From NCBI GenBank assembly GCA_002746605.1, contig PDPT01000041.1:6051-70050 (forward strand): 64,000 nt of DNA, read 5' to 3'. Source of the stretch: Ignavibacteriota bacterium (GTDB lineage: Bacteria; Bacteroidota; Ignavibacteria; Ignavibacteriales; Melioribacteraceae). Position 1 is the first letter of the stretch. Every line of letters starts with the position of its first letter. Below, piece after piece: positions 1 through 10,303 of the stretch. The notes beneath the pieces are model-generated. The model did no database searches. It saw only the letters and a list, made by a program, of their open reading frames with translations, and had not been told where the DNA came from. The translations under genes were made by a program, and so were the position numbers.

Positions 1-608
1 TGAATGAAGGCGATGATATTCCTGTACTTGTTGGTCCTCTCGGATCACCAACTCACATAAAAAAATATGGAACGGTAGTCTGTGTTGGTGGTGGAATTGG
101 TGTAGCACCTTTGCATCCTATAGCTCAATCTTTAAAAGAAGCAGGTAATAATGTTTTAATTATTATTGGAGCACGTAATAAAGATTTGGTAATTATGGAA
201 GAAGAAATGAAAAGGATTGCAGATGAATTAATTATTTGTACTGATGATGGTAGTTACGGCAGAAAAGCATTGGTTACCGAACCACTTAAAGAAGTTTGTG
301 AAAGAGAGCATAAGCCCGATATGGTTATTGCAATTGGTCCGCCAGTAATGATGAAATTCTGTTCTGAAACAACAAGACCGTATAACGTTTACACGGAAGT
401 TTCTTTAAATACAATTATGGTAGATGGTACGGGAATGTGCGGCGGTTGCAGAGTTAATGTTGGAGGAGAAGTAAAATTTGTATGTGTTGATGGTCCTGAA
501 TTTGATGGACATAAAGTTGATTTTGATAATATGATTGCCCGTTTAAATTCTTACAAAGGAATTGAAGAAGAAAAACATACTTGTAATTTAGATGGTTATA
601 TAAAGTAG
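1..608 (+). CDS. PyrK-like FAD/NAD(P)-binding iron-sulfur electron-transfer subunit (NfnA / sulfide dehydrogenase-like), 5' end cut by window edge
   Basis: Frame 3 is open from nt 3 (NEGDDIPVLVGPLGSP...), so the Met at 111 is internal. GGGIGVAP dinucleotide loop. C-terminal CGGCRV...FVCVDGPEF cysteine cluster. Lies 18 nt upstream of a GltD-like partner. Confidence 0.8.
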   Translation, partial: NEGDDIPVLVGPLGSPTHIKKYGTVVCVGGGIGVAPLHPIAQSLKEAGNNVLIIIGARNKDLVIMEEEMKRIADELIICTDDGSYGRKALVTEPLKEVCEREHKPDMVIAIGPPVMMKFCSETTRPYNVYTEVSLNTIMVDGTGMCGGCRVNVGGEVKFVCVDGPEFDGHKVDFDNMIARLNSYKGIEEEKHTCNLDGYIK

Positions 609-626
609 AAAAGTAAAAGGGAAAAT

Positions 627-2135
627 ATGAGTTATAAATCACCTGATATATTAAGTGAGAATGCTAAAAAATTATTGAATGACTATATTCATAATGTAGA
701 TAACTTAAAAGCAAAAGAACGATTAAAAATTCCGATTCAGGAAATGCCTACTTTAGATCCGAAGATTAGAGGATGTAATCAGGAAGAAGTCGCAATAGGT
801 TATACTGTTGAGGAAGCAAGAGTAGAAGCAATGCGTTGTTTGGAGTGTGTTAAACAAACTTGTATTGACGGATGTCCGGTAAATATTGATATCCCAAGAT
901 TTATCAGACATATTGCCCATGGAGAATTCCAAAATGCTTCAGATGTAATAAAAGAAGCTAGCCTTCTTCCTTCAATTTGTGGAAGAGTTTGTCCCCAAGA
1001 AACTCAATGCCAACAAAAATGTAAAGTGGGATTGGTACATAAAGATATAGATCAGGCAGTTGCTATTGGTCGTTTAGAAAGATTTGTAGCCGATTGGGAA
1101 AGAGAACAGGGAAATGTAAAAGTTCCTCACGTAAAACCCGAAACAGGAAAAAAAGTAGCTATTATTGGTAGCGGACCGGCAGGCTTGGTTGTTGCTGCTG
1201 ATGTAAGGAGAGAAGGACATGCTGTTACAATTTTTGAAGCTTTCCATAAATTGGGCGGAGTAATGCGTTATGGAATTCCTGAGTTTAGATTACCTAATAG
1301 TATTGTAGATGAGGAAATTGATACTCTCATAAAAATGGGTGTGGAAATTAAGAAAAACTATGTTGTAGGAAGAACGAAAAAATTAACTGATTTAATTGAA
1401 AAAGACGGATATGATGCGGTATTTATAGGTACCGGAGCCGGATTGCCAATATTTATGGGTATTGAAGGTGAAAATCTTGTGGGAGTTTTTTCGGCAAACG
1501 AATACCTTACGCGTGCAAATTTAATGCGTGCTTTTGATAAAAAAAACTCAGCTACTCCCATTTATCCTTCAAAAATTGTTGCTGTACTCGGTGGAGGTAA
1601 TGTTGCAATGGATGCTGCTCGAATGGCATTAAGACTCGGAGCCGAAAAAGTTTATGTCGTTTACAGAAGAACCGAAAAAGAAATGCCGGCAAGAAAAGAA
1701 GAAGTTGCTCATGCTAAGGAAGAAGGCATAGAGTTTATGTTTTTGACAAATGCAAAAAAAATTCTTGGTAACGAAAAAGGCAAAGTGAGTTCAATGGAAT
1801 GTTTAAAGTATGAGCTCGGTGAACCTGATAGTTCTGGAAGAAGAAGACCTTTAGAAATAAAAGGCAGCGAATTCATACTGGATGTTGATACGGTTATTGT
1901 TGCAATTGGTAACGGAAGTAATCCACTGATTAAACAAACTACACCCGGACTTGAAACAAACAAATGGGGAAACGTTATTGTTGATGAAAAACAAAAAGCC
2001 TCGATGGATAGAGTTTTTGCCGGTGGTGATATTGTACTTGGTGCTGCCACAGTAATTCTTGCTATGGGTGAAGGAAGAAAAGCTGCTGCTGGAATAAATC
2101 AAATGCTTGCCGAAGAAATCGGTCAAGAAAATTAA
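627..2135 (+). CDS. GltD-like NADPH oxidoreductase (homotetrameric glutamate synthase / NfnB type)
   Basis: 502 aa. Cys clusters CLECVKQTCIDGCP and CGRVCPQETQCQQKC. IIGSGPAGL and LGGGNVAMDAAR dinucleotide folds. GGDIV motif near the C-terminus. Pairs with the upstream PyrK-like subunit. Confidence 0.85.
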   Translation: MSYKSPDILSENAKKLLNDYIHNVDNLKAKERLKIPIQEMPTLDPKIRGCNQEEVAIGYTVEEARVEAMRCLECVKQTCIDGCPVNIDIPRFIRHIAHGEFQNASDVIKEASLLPSICGRVCPQETQCQQKCKVGLVHKDIDQAVAIGRLERFVADWEREQGNVKVPHVKPETGKKVAIIGSGPAGLVVAADVRREGHAVTIFEAFHKLGGVMRYGIPEFRLPNSIVDEEIDTLIKMGVEIKKNYVVGRTKKLTDLIEKDGYDAVFIGTGAGLPIFMGIEGENLVGVFSANEYLTRANLMRAFDKKNSATPIYPSKIVAVLGGGNVAMDAARMALRLGAEKVYVVYRRTEKEMPARKEEVAHAKEEGIEFMFLTNAKKILGNEKGKVSSMECLKYELGEPDSSGRRRPLEIKGSEFILDVDTVIVAIGNGSNPLIKQTTPGLETNKWGNVIVDEKQKASMDRVFAGGDIVLGAATVILAMGEGRKAAAGINQMLAEEIGQEN

Positions 2136-2252
2136 ATCTTAATATTTAGAACTATATTTTTTAATTTATCTCAGAATAAAATGCTAGTTATACCCGATAA
2201 GAACAAGTAAAGTATAAGTTATAGTTTGGTATCTTATTGCTAAAAGATTAAA

Positions 2253-2285
2253 AGCCTAACTCTTTTTGAAGAGTTGGGCTTTTTA
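2253..2285. terminator. Bidirectional rho-independent terminator between convergent gltD-like gene and uvrC
   Basis: Stem agcctaactc (2253-2262) pairs with gagttgggct (2271-2280), including one G-U pair. A-run upstream and T-run downstream, so it is usable on both strands. Confidence 0.75.
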
Positions 2286-2433
2286 AGTTTAAGAGGTAAT
2301 AATTCAATAAGATTACTTCTTCGAATTGGGAACAATCTAAATTAAAACTATAAACCGCTAATTCCAATTAAATTCATAAAAATAATGTTGCAAAATAATG
2401 TGTTGTGTTGAAGGAGTTAAAACTCTTAAGTTC

Positions 2434-4251
2434 TCATTTATTATAAAAATCAAATACTAATTTTCCTTTAGCTTTACCAATAACTTTAGAAAGCTTTTCT
2501 TCGGAAGCGGCTTTAATTTCTTCAATACTTATAAATTCCGTTAATAATTTTTGAGCATTCTTTTTCCCAATTCCTTCAATTTCCGTAAGTTCAGTTTGTA
2601 GTGTTCTGCTGTCTCTTCTTTGTCGGTGAAAGGTTATTGCAAATCTATGGGCTTCATCTCTTAAATGTTGCAATAGCTTTAAGCTTGAAGAAGTTTTAGG
2701 AATTGTCTGCGCTTCTGAAATTTCGGGAAAGAAAATTTCCTCTAGTCTTTTTGCCAGACCGATTATTTCGAATTTTTTAAATCCGAGTTCTTTCAAAATT
2801 GCAACTGCACTTGAAAGTTGACCTTTGCCTCCATCGACCATAATTAAATTGGGCAGCGGTTCATTTTCTTTCTTCAATTTGGAATATCTGCGTTCAATTA
2901 CTTCTTGCATACTCGCAAAGTCGTTTGGTCCATCAACACTTTTGATTATATATTTTCTGTAAAGTGATTTTTTTGGTTTGCCATCAACAAAAACAACCAT
3001 ACTTGCAACTGTATCTGTTCCTTGCAAATTGGAAATATCAAAACATTCTATTTTTCTTGGAAGGGAAGTAAGCCTTAAATCTCTTTTCAGCGAAGATAAA
3101 ACATAAGGCAGATTTCCTTCCTTTTTCATTTTCTGGAGTTGTATATCTTTGAGATGTAAAATCGCATTTTGTTTGCACATATTTAAAAGTGATTTAGCTT
3201 CACTTTGAATTTTAGGGATAAAGAAGCTAACCCTTTTATCGGCTTTACTATTTAGCCAATCGAGTAAAACTTTATCATCAAAAGGAAGAGTTTCAAGAAT
3301 TATGGTTTTGGGTATTTCCACTAACTCGCCGTAATAAAATTTTAGTACGGCATTATATATCCGTGAGATTTCTTCATCAACTTCTGCATTAAGTTTTAAC
3401 TGTCTTTTTCCTACAAGTCTGCCGCTTCTGATTATTAGAATTGTACAAGCAACATCTTTGGCCTCAACTGCGACAGAAAAAATATCTTTATCATCAAAAT
3501 CGGTTGTAACAACTTTTTGCTTTTCCGAATAGACTTTGAGTTGTTTAATTTTGTCTCTTATTTCACCGGCTTTTTCAAAGTTAAGATTTTTACTGTAGTT
3601 GTACATTTCTTCAGTTAATTCATCAATTAAAATATTGGTTTTTCCTCTTAGCACTTTTATTACTTGGTCAACCATCTTTCCGTAATCTTCTTCCGAAATT
3701 AATCCTTCGCAAGGTCCGTCACATTTTTTTATGTGATAATCCAAGCAGACTTTTATCTTTTTCTTTTCGATTACTTCATCATCGATAAAATAAGTACAAC
3801 TCCTTATCTTAAAAGTTTTGTTTATCATTCTCAAAGATGCTTTCATACTTTTTACATCGGTGTAAGGTCCAAAATATTTTGAACCGTCTTGAACTACATC
3901 TCGTGTTGGAAACACTTGCGGATATGGTTCTTTTGTTACTCTTATGTAAGGAAAAGTTTTATCATCTTTTAAGTTTACATTATATCGAGGCTTATATTTT
4001 TTTATTAGATTATTTTCTAAGACGAGTGCTTCAATTTCATTTTCTGTTGCAATAATATCAAAATCGGATACTTTTTTTACGAGTGCTTCGGTTTTGGGTG
4101 AATCAAGATTTTTGCGGAAGTAAGAATTTATTCGACTTCTTAAATTTTTAGCTTTTCCGATGTAAATTATTTTTTTATCGGAATTAAGAAATTGATAAAT
4201 CCCTGGCAGTGCCGGAACAGCTTTTAATTTGGATATTAAATCTTTATTCAT
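2434..4251 (-). CDS. uvrC: Excinuclease ABC subunit C
   Basis: 605 aa. GIY-YIG N-terminus (PGIYQFLNSDKKIIYIGKAKNLRSRINSY). UvrBC-interaction and RNase H-like regions. C-terminal HhH (IEGIGKKNAQKLL). Confidence 0.95.
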   Translation of the reverse strand: MNKDLISKLKAVPALPGIYQFLNSDKKIIYIGKAKNLRSRINSYFRKNLDSPKTEALVKKVSDFDIIATENEIEALVLENNLIKKYKPRYNVNLKDDKTFPYIRVTKEPYPQVFPTRDVVQDGSKYFGPYTDVKSMKASLRMINKTFKIRSCTYFIDDEVIEKKKIKVCLDYHIKKCDGPCEGLISEEDYGKMVDQVIKVLRGKTNILIDELTEEMYNYSKNLNFEKAGEIRDKIKQLKVYSEKQKVVTTDFDDKDIFSVAVEAKDVACTILIIRSGRLVGKRQLKLNAEVDEEISRIYNAVLKFYYGELVEIPKTIILETLPFDDKVLLDWLNSKADKRVSFFIPKIQSEAKSLLNMCKQNAILHLKDIQLQKMKKEGNLPYVLSSLKRDLRLTSLPRKIECFDISNLQGTDTVASMVVFVDGKPKKSLYRKYIIKSVDGPNDFASMQEVIERRYSKLKKENEPLPNLIMVDGGKGQLSSAVAILKELGFKKFEIIGLAKRLEEIFFPEISEAQTIPKTSSSLKLLQHLRDEAHRFAITFHRQRRDSRTLQTELTEIEGIGKKNAQKLLTEFISIEEIKAASEEKLSKVIGKAKGKLVFDFYNK

Positions 4252-4530
4252 TTAAGTTATAATTAAAAATGCAAAAAAATAAAATATTCTTTTTTAGTTA
4301 AATATTTCTCGAACATTTAAAGTCTATCAAGATTTAGACTTCTTCAAATTCTGTATTTTTATATCTGTACAAAGCTACTCAATAAATTGCAATTGCACCA
4401 TATACAAAACTGATAATTGTTGCAAATAAAAAATTATTAAGTATATCACAATTTATTAAAAAATCTAATTGAATCTTCTTCAAAAAAGTTATAATATACA
4501 TTTTCAATTTAAACTAGGTGATATGTTAAA

Positions 4531-5181
4531 ATGTCAAAAATATTAAACGAAAATATCTATAATTATCTTAATAATTTTCTTAGTGAGAGTGATGGTTTGC
4601 TATCTGAGATGGAAGAATTTGCCAAGCAAAATAGAATCCCGATTTTAGAAAAAAGTTCAGCAGAATTTTTAGAACAATTAATACTCATTAAAAATTCAAA
4701 AACTATTTTGGAAATAGGTACTGCTATAGCTTATTCATCTATTAGAATTGCAAGACTTTTACCTGAAGGTGCCAGCTTGGATACAATTGAATTAAGTAAA
4801 AATAATATTAAATTAGCAAATAGTTTTATCAAAAAAGCAAATCTTGCTACTAAGATTAACCTCCTTGAGGGAAATGCTTTTACAATTATTCCCAAGCTAC
4901 AAAATAAATACGATTTCGTTTTTCTTGATGCCGATAAAGAAGATTATCTTAACCTTTTGGAGTTAATACTTCCTAAGTTGAAAACCGGAGGGATATTATT
5001 TGTAGATAATCTTTTATGGAAAGGATATGTAGCAGAAACTGCGAAACAAGAAATACCGGGAAAGTATCAAGGAAGTACAAATAAAATAAGAGAGTTTAAT
5101 GACAAATTTGTTAAACATTGCAAACTTAAAGCAATAATTTTACCTTTGGGAGACGGAATTGGATTAGCTGTAAAGTTATGA
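4531..5181 (+). CDS. Class I SAM-dependent O-methyltransferase, family 3 (caffeoyl-CoA OMT / YrrM-TrmR-like)
   Basis: 216 aa. LEIGTAIAYSS SAM-binding motif. FLDADKEDY and VDNLLWKG motifs typical of family-3 OMTs. Confidence 0.8.
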   Translation: MSKILNENIYNYLNNFLSESDGLLSEMEEFAKQNRIPILEKSSAEFLEQLILIKNSKTILEIGTAIAYSSIRIARLLPEGASLDTIELSKNNIKLANSFIKKANLATKINLLEGNAFTIIPKLQNKYDFVFLDADKEDYLNLLELILPKLKTGGILFVDNLLWKGYVAETAKQEIPGKYQGSTNKIREFNDKFVKHCKLKAIILPLGDGIGLAVKL

Positions 5182-5300
5182 AGATTTCTTCTTACTTTTC
5201 TGCAATTTCCGGTGACATGACCAACGTATCTTTCGGCTGTCGTACTAAAAAAAGTATAGATTTAAATTAAAAAAAGTAATTAAGAGTCTTTAATCAATAC

Positions 5301-5933
5301 TTAATTATTCCTTATGTATTGATATCGTTGGTTATCAATGGTTTTTAATTGTCCATTTGTTTTTTCGATTAACTCGTTAGAAAAATTTTCAAGTAAGTTT
5401 GGTTTTATTAAGCACTCGATTTTCGTTTCATTTTTATACAAATTTCTTATGCTCTTGCAATTGTATTTATTAAGAAGATAATGAATTGAGCTTAGGTGAT
5501 TGTATGTATATTTAATTGAGATGGAATTGTGTAAAATTAAATTTTCAATTTTTGCAGAACTTAATAATTCATGAGCAGTATCGCCGTAAGCTTTACCGAG
5601 CGGACCGATACCAAGTTTTGTTCCGCCAAAATATCTTACAACAACAACTATGATATTTGTCAAATCAAAATGCTTTATTGCATTGAATATCCGTATTCCT
5701 GCTGTTCCGTTAGGTTCGCCGTCATCACTATATTTTTCATCCAAAACTGTAGTTTTATAGGCGTAACAATGATGTGTGGCATCATAGTGCTCTTTTTTAA
5801 GCTGACCCAATTGTAGCATTGCATCGTCTGCAGAATTTATTTTATAAGCAAATCCAAGGAATTGCGAGCCTTTAATTTTTAACTTATTCTGATAATTCTT
5901 TTCAATAACATTGATTTGTTCTAACTTGTTCAT
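5301..5933 (-). CDS. yigZ: YigZ / IMPACT-family (UPF0029) protein
   Basis: 210 aa. KGSQFLGFAY, HHCYAY, DDGEPNGTAG and VVVVRYFGGTKLGIGPLGKAY signature blocks. Confidence 0.8.
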   Translation of the reverse strand: MNKLEQINVIEKNYQNKLKIKGSQFLGFAYKINSADDAMLQLGQLKKEHYDATHHCYAYKTTVLDEKYSDDGEPNGTAGIRIFNAIKHFDLTNIIVVVVRYFGGTKLGIGPLGKAYGDTAHELLSSAKIENLILHNSISIKYTYNHLSSIHYLLNKYNCKSIRNLYKNETKIECLIKPNLLENFSNELIEKTNGQLKTIDNQRYQYIRNN

Positions 5934-6061
5934 TTACTAAATCGTATCTAATTTCAGAGTAAGTTCAGGGCTGTTATTTTCACCAAAAGCTAAATATGAA
6001 TGAAGATTAAAATTTTTATTCATAAAAAAATTGATTTTCTTATAACCTTTAAGTAATATAA

Positions 6062-8920
6062 ATGTTTGAACTTTTACAAATAAATTTAATGATAAATCAG
6101 GAAAAAATTATAATAAAAGGTGCAAGAGAGCACAATTTAAAGAATATCAATCTCGAAATTCCGAGAGATGCTTTAACTGTAATTACCGGACTTTCAGGTT
6201 CCGGAAAATCTTCTCTTGCATTCGATACTATTTATGCAGAAGGGCAAAGACGATATATTGAATCTCTTTCAGCCTATGCACGACAATTCCTCGGACAGTT
6301 GGAAAAACCGGATGTCGATTTGATTGAAGGTTTAAGTCCGGCAATTTCTATTGAACAAAAATCTACCGGTGGAAATCCCAGATCAACTGTAGGTACAATT
6401 ACGGAAATTTATGATTATTTAAGATTGCTCTATGCAAGAGTTGGTACACCTCACTGTTATAACTGTGGCAAAGTTGTAAAAAAGCAATCTACCGACCAAA
6501 TTATTGATAGAATTTTAACGGATTTTGATAATCAAAAAGTTTTTATTTTAGCTCCCGTTGTAAAAGGTAGAAAAGGGCATTATAGAGAATTGTTTGAAGA
6601 TATTATGAAGGATGGTTTTTTGCGTGCTAGAGTTGATGGTGAAATTATTGAGCTAAAAGATAACTTTAAAGTTGATAGATATAAAATTCATAATATTGAA
6701 GTTTTAATAGATAAAGTTCAAATCAAATCAAAATCAAGATTTAGATTAAGTAAATCCGTTGAAATTGCACTAAATTTTGGCAACGGAAATTTGATACTTA
6801 ATGACGGAAAAAATGATCTTACATTCAGCAGAGATTTTGCATGTTTAGAGTGTGGAATTAGTTACCATGAGTTGGCACCTAATTCGTTTTCGTTTAATTC
6901 TCCATATGGCTCGTGTCCCGATTGTGATGGATTAGGAGAAAAAAAAGCTATAGATGTAAATTTACTAATCCCGGATTGGGAGAAAACAATAAAAGAGGAA
7001 GGACTAGCAGCAGTTGGCAAACCACGAAATATTTGGTTCTTCAATCAATTAGAAGCTGTTGCAAACTTTTATGAGTTTGACTTTAAGACGAAACTATCGG
7101 AATTTACTGACAAACAAAAAAATATTCTCCTGTATGGAAGTGATGAAAAAATTCCTTTCAAATACAGCTTCGGGAAAGGTAAAGATGTGCAATATATGCA
7201 CAAATTTAACGGACTTGTAAAATATGTTCAAAATTATTTTGAAAATACGTCATCTTCAAAAATAAGAGATTGGGCTGAATCGTTTATGACAACTCAAGTT
7301 TGTCCTACTTGTAATGGAGGCAGACTAAAAAAAGAATCACTTGCTGTTTTAATAGATAATAAAAATATAAGTCAAGTAACTGAACTATCGATTGTAAATG
7401 CATTAAACTTTTTTTCCAATTTATCCTTTGAAGGGAATGCACAAATTGTTTCGCAACAAATTCTGAAAGAAATAATTTCAAGAACAAACTTTCTCTTGAA
7501 TGTTGGTTTAGATTACTTAACTTTAAGTCGTTCTGCTAGAACTCTCTCAGGTGGTGAAGCCCAAAGAATAAGATTAGCAACGCAAATTGGCACACAGCTT
7601 TCGGGGGTATTATATGTATTGGATGAACCAAGTATCGGTTTGCATCAAGACGATAATATGAAACTTATAAATTCCCTTAAAGATTTAAAGGAACTTGGGA
7701 ATACCATTGTAGTTGTAGAACATGATAAAGAAACAATTTTACACTCTGATTATGTTGTTGATCTTGGTCCTAAAGCCGGAGAGCATGGTGGAAATATTTG
7801 TTTTTATGGAGATTACAAATCGATCTCCAAAATAAAAAACAGTAACTCGCTTACCATTGCTTATCTTCAAGAAAAAAGAAAAATTGAAATACCTAAAAAA
7901 AGAAGAAACGGTTTCGATCATTTTATCGAAATAATTAACGCTTCGGGCAATAACTTAAAAAATGTGGATGTAAAAATTCCTTTAAGTAAATTTGTTGTAA
8001 TAACAGGTGTAAGTGGCTCAGGTAAATCTACTTTAATTAATGAAACTCTTGTTAGAATTCTGATGAAGAAAATTTACGGCTCCAAAATAATGCCCTTACC
8101 GTATAAAGAAATTAAGGGATTGGAGCATATTGATAAAATAATTGAAATTGACCAAACGCCTATTGGTAGAACGCCAAGATCTAATCCTGCAACTTATACG
8201 GGACTTTTTACCTTTATAAGAGATTTATTTGCTCAATTGCCTGAATCAAAAATTAGAGGTTACGCACCCGGAAGATTTAGCTTTAATGTAAAAGGCGGAA
8301 GATGCGAAGAATGTCAAGGAGACGGTGTAAAAAAAATAGAGATGAACTTTTTACCCGATGTTTATGTTCTTTGCGAAGAGTGTAATGGAAAAAGATATAA
8401 TAGAGAGACTTTGGAAGTTTTATTCAAAACTAAATCTATTAACGATGTGCTTGAGATGACAATAGAAACAGCACTTGAATTTTTTGATGAATTACCAAGA
8501 ATAAAAAGAAAATTGCAGGCTCTTTATGATGTCGGGTTGGGTTATATAAAGTTAGGACAACAAGCAACCACCCTTTCCGGAGGTGAAGCACAAAGAGTTA
8601 AGCTTGCTACGGAATTAAGTAAAATCGGAACGGGCAATACTATTTATATTCTCGATGAACCGACTACTGGTCTTCATTTTGAAGATGTAAACTTTTTGCT
8701 TAAAGTTTTAAGCAAACTCGTAGATAAAGGCAATACAGTGATTGTGGTTGAGCATAACATGGATGTAATAAAGGTAGCCGATCATGTTATTGATTTAGGC
8801 CCCGGTGGTGGTGAGCACGGCGGAACTATTGTTGCACAAGGTACACCGGAACAAGTTGCTAAAAATAAAGAGAGCCTTACAGGTAAGTATTTAAAAGAAG
8901 AATTGAAAAGTGAAAATTAG
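6062..8920 (+). CDS. uvrA: Excinuclease ABC subunit A
   Basis: 952 aa. Two Walker A sites (GLSGSGKSSLAFDT, GVSGSGKSTLINE). Two LSGGEAQR signatures. Zinc-finger Cys pairs. The true start may be the Met at 6089 (MINQEKIIIKGAREHNLK). Confidence 0.95.
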   Translation: MFELLQINLMINQEKIIIKGAREHNLKNINLEIPRDALTVITGLSGSGKSSLAFDTIYAEGQRRYIESLSAYARQFLGQLEKPDVDLIEGLSPAISIEQKSTGGNPRSTVGTITEIYDYLRLLYARVGTPHCYNCGKVVKKQSTDQIIDRILTDFDNQKVFILAPVVKGRKGHYRELFEDIMKDGFLRARVDGEIIELKDNFKVDRYKIHNIEVLIDKVQIKSKSRFRLSKSVEIALNFGNGNLILNDGKNDLTFSRDFACLECGISYHELAPNSFSFNSPYGSCPDCDGLGEKKAIDVNLLIPDWEKTIKEEGLAAVGKPRNIWFFNQLEAVANFYEFDFKTKLSEFTDKQKNILLYGSDEKIPFKYSFGKGKDVQYMHKFNGLVKYVQNYFENTSSSKIRDWAESFMTTQVCPTCNGGRLKKESLAVLIDNKNISQVTELSIVNALNFFSNLSFEGNAQIVSQQILKEIISRTNFLLNVGLDYLTLSRSARTLSGGEAQRIRLATQIGTQLSGVLYVLDEPSIGLHQDDNMKLINSLKDLKELGNTIVVVEHDKETILHSDYVVDLGPKAGEHGGNICFYGDYKSISKIKNSNSLTIAYLQEKRKIEIPKKRRNGFDHFIEIINASGNNLKNVDVKIPLSKFVVITGVSGSGKSTLINETLVRILMKKIYGSKIMPLPYKEIKGLEHIDKIIEIDQTPIGRTPRSNPATYTGLFTFIRDLFAQLPESKIRGYAPGRFSFNVKGGRCEECQGDGVKKIEMNFLPDVYVLCEECNGKRYNRETLEVLFKTKSINDVLEMTIETALEFFDELPRIKRKLQALYDVGLGYIKLGQQATTLSGGEAQRVKLATELSKIGTGNTIYILDEPTTGLHFEDVNFLLKVLSKLVDKGNTVIVVEHNMDVIKVADHVIDLGPGGGEHGGTIVAQGTPEQVAKNKESLTGKYLKEELKSEN

Positions 8921-8962
8921 AATTTAAGCAATCAGATAACTGATTAGAAATTTGAAGATAGA

Positions 8963-10303
8963 ATGAAAAAAATAATTATTCCCAAAAATATTGTTACGGT
9001 AAACAATAAGAATGAAATTTTAAAAGAACATTATATTGAAATTGAAAATGGTATTATTACTGAAATCGATAATATTAAAAAATTAAAATTAAAAAAGACT
9101 GAGTTTGAAGTTTTTAAGTTTCCCAATTTGACTATGATTCCAGGATTTGTACAAACTCATGTTCATTTATGCCAAACACTTTTCCGCGGTTTGGCTGAAG
9201 ATATGGAATTATTAGATTGGCTGCAAAAGAGAATATTCCCTTATGAAAATGCGCATACATCTGAATCTTTAAGAATTTCAACACAACTTGGAATACACGA
9301 GTTGCAAAAGAGCGGAACAACAACTTTACTTGATATGGGAACTATAAATTATCAAGAAGTAATTTTTGATGAACTTATTCAATCGCAGATGCGAGCTACC
9401 GCCGGTAAATGTATGATGGATATAAATGATTTGTATCCTGATTTCATTGAAAGTACTGAAGATAGTCTAACTCGCACATCTGAGCTAGCTCGTGAATTTC
9501 ATGACACGAATAATCAAAAAATAAAATATGGTTTTGCTCCGAGATTTGTTCTCTCTTGTTCGGAAGAATTATTAACTACAACAAAAGAAATGATGCAAGA
9601 TTTCGCAGGATCGATTTTTCATACTCATTCGAGTGAAAACAAGAACGAAATAGAAGCCGTTAAAAAAATGTACAACATGGAAAACATTGAATACTTTAGT
9701 TCCATTAATGTTCTTGATAATCATACAGTTCTTGCTCACGGAATTCATGTTAATGAAAAAGAAATAGGATTGCTTAAAAAAACTGATACGCGAATTTCCC
9801 ATTGTCCTTCCTCAAATTTAAAGTTAGCTTCCGGTATTGCAGACATTCCAAGATATTTAGCAGAAGGAATTTCAGTTTCACTTGGAGCAGATGGTGCCCC
9901 TTGTAACAATAACTTAAGTCAGTTTAGAGAAATGAGACTTGCTTCACTTATCCAAAAACCAATTTATGGAGCAACGGAAATGGATGCTCGAACAGTATTT
10001 AGGCTTGCAACAATTGATGGTGCCAAAGCTTTACATCTTGAAAATAATATTGGAAGTATTGAAATAGGAAAGAAAGCTGATTTAGTTTTATTAAATTTGG
10101 AAAAATCAAATCTTACACTTACTGATAAAAATATTTATTCGTCAATAATTTATTCGGCATCTGCTGAGAATGTTGAAGAAGTAATGATAGACGGAAATTG
10201 GGTTGTGCAAAAAAATAATTCAGTTTTTTATGATGAAAAAGAATTATATGCAAAAGGAAAAGAAGAATTAAACAAATTATTAAAAAGGACAAAGATAAAT
10301 TAA
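8963..10303 (+). CDS. mtaD: Amidohydrolase-superfamily deaminase, MtaD-type (5-methylthioadenosine / S-adenosylhomocysteine deaminase-like)
   Basis: 446 aa. PGFVQTHVHLCQT metal-binding HxH. HTHSSEN, AHGIH and SLGADGAP motifs typical of the MtaD/DadD/guanine deaminase clade. Substrate was not determined. Confidence 0.7.
   Translation: MKKIIIPKNIVTVNNKNEILKEHYIEIENGIITEIDNIKKLKLKKTEFEVFKFPNLTMIPGFVQTHVHLCQTLFRGLAEDMELLDWLQKRIFPYENAHTSESLRISTQLGIHELQKSGTTTLLDMGTINYQEVIFDELIQSQMRATAGKCMMDINDLYPDFIESTEDSLTRTSELAREFHDTNNQKIKYGFAPRFVLSCSEELLTTTKEMMQDFAGSIFHTHSSENKNEIEAVKKMYNMENIEYFSSINVLDNHTVLAHGIHVNEKEIGLLKKTDTRISHCPSSNLKLASGIADIPRYLAEGISVSLGADGAPCNNNLSQFREMRLASLIQKPIYGATEMDARTVFRLATIDGAKALHLENNIGSIEIGKKADLVLLNLEKSNLTLTDKNIYSSIIYSASAENVEEVMIDGNWVVQKNNSVFYDEKELYAKGKEELNKLLKRTKIN

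Noticed and set aside
2253-2285. Terminator hairpins with similar arms: agccTaact…agttgggctt here and agcccaact…agttgggctt at 59060-59088, plus ggtttcaaa(a)cc cores at 10960 and 35592. Considered as possible REP-like repeat families.
   Set aside because: The shared parts are the generic A-tract+GCCC / GGGC+T-tract architecture of intrinsic terminators. Loops and flanks differ and there are only two copies of each. A genome-wide count would be needed to claim a repeat family.
4379-4501. 40-aa hydrophobic ORF (MYIITFLKKIQLDFLINCDILNNFLFATIISFVYGAIAIY) on the minus strand upstream of uvrC.
   Set aside because: It has no SD. ORFs of this length occur by chance at appreciable frequency in the many frames of a 64-kb AT-rich window.
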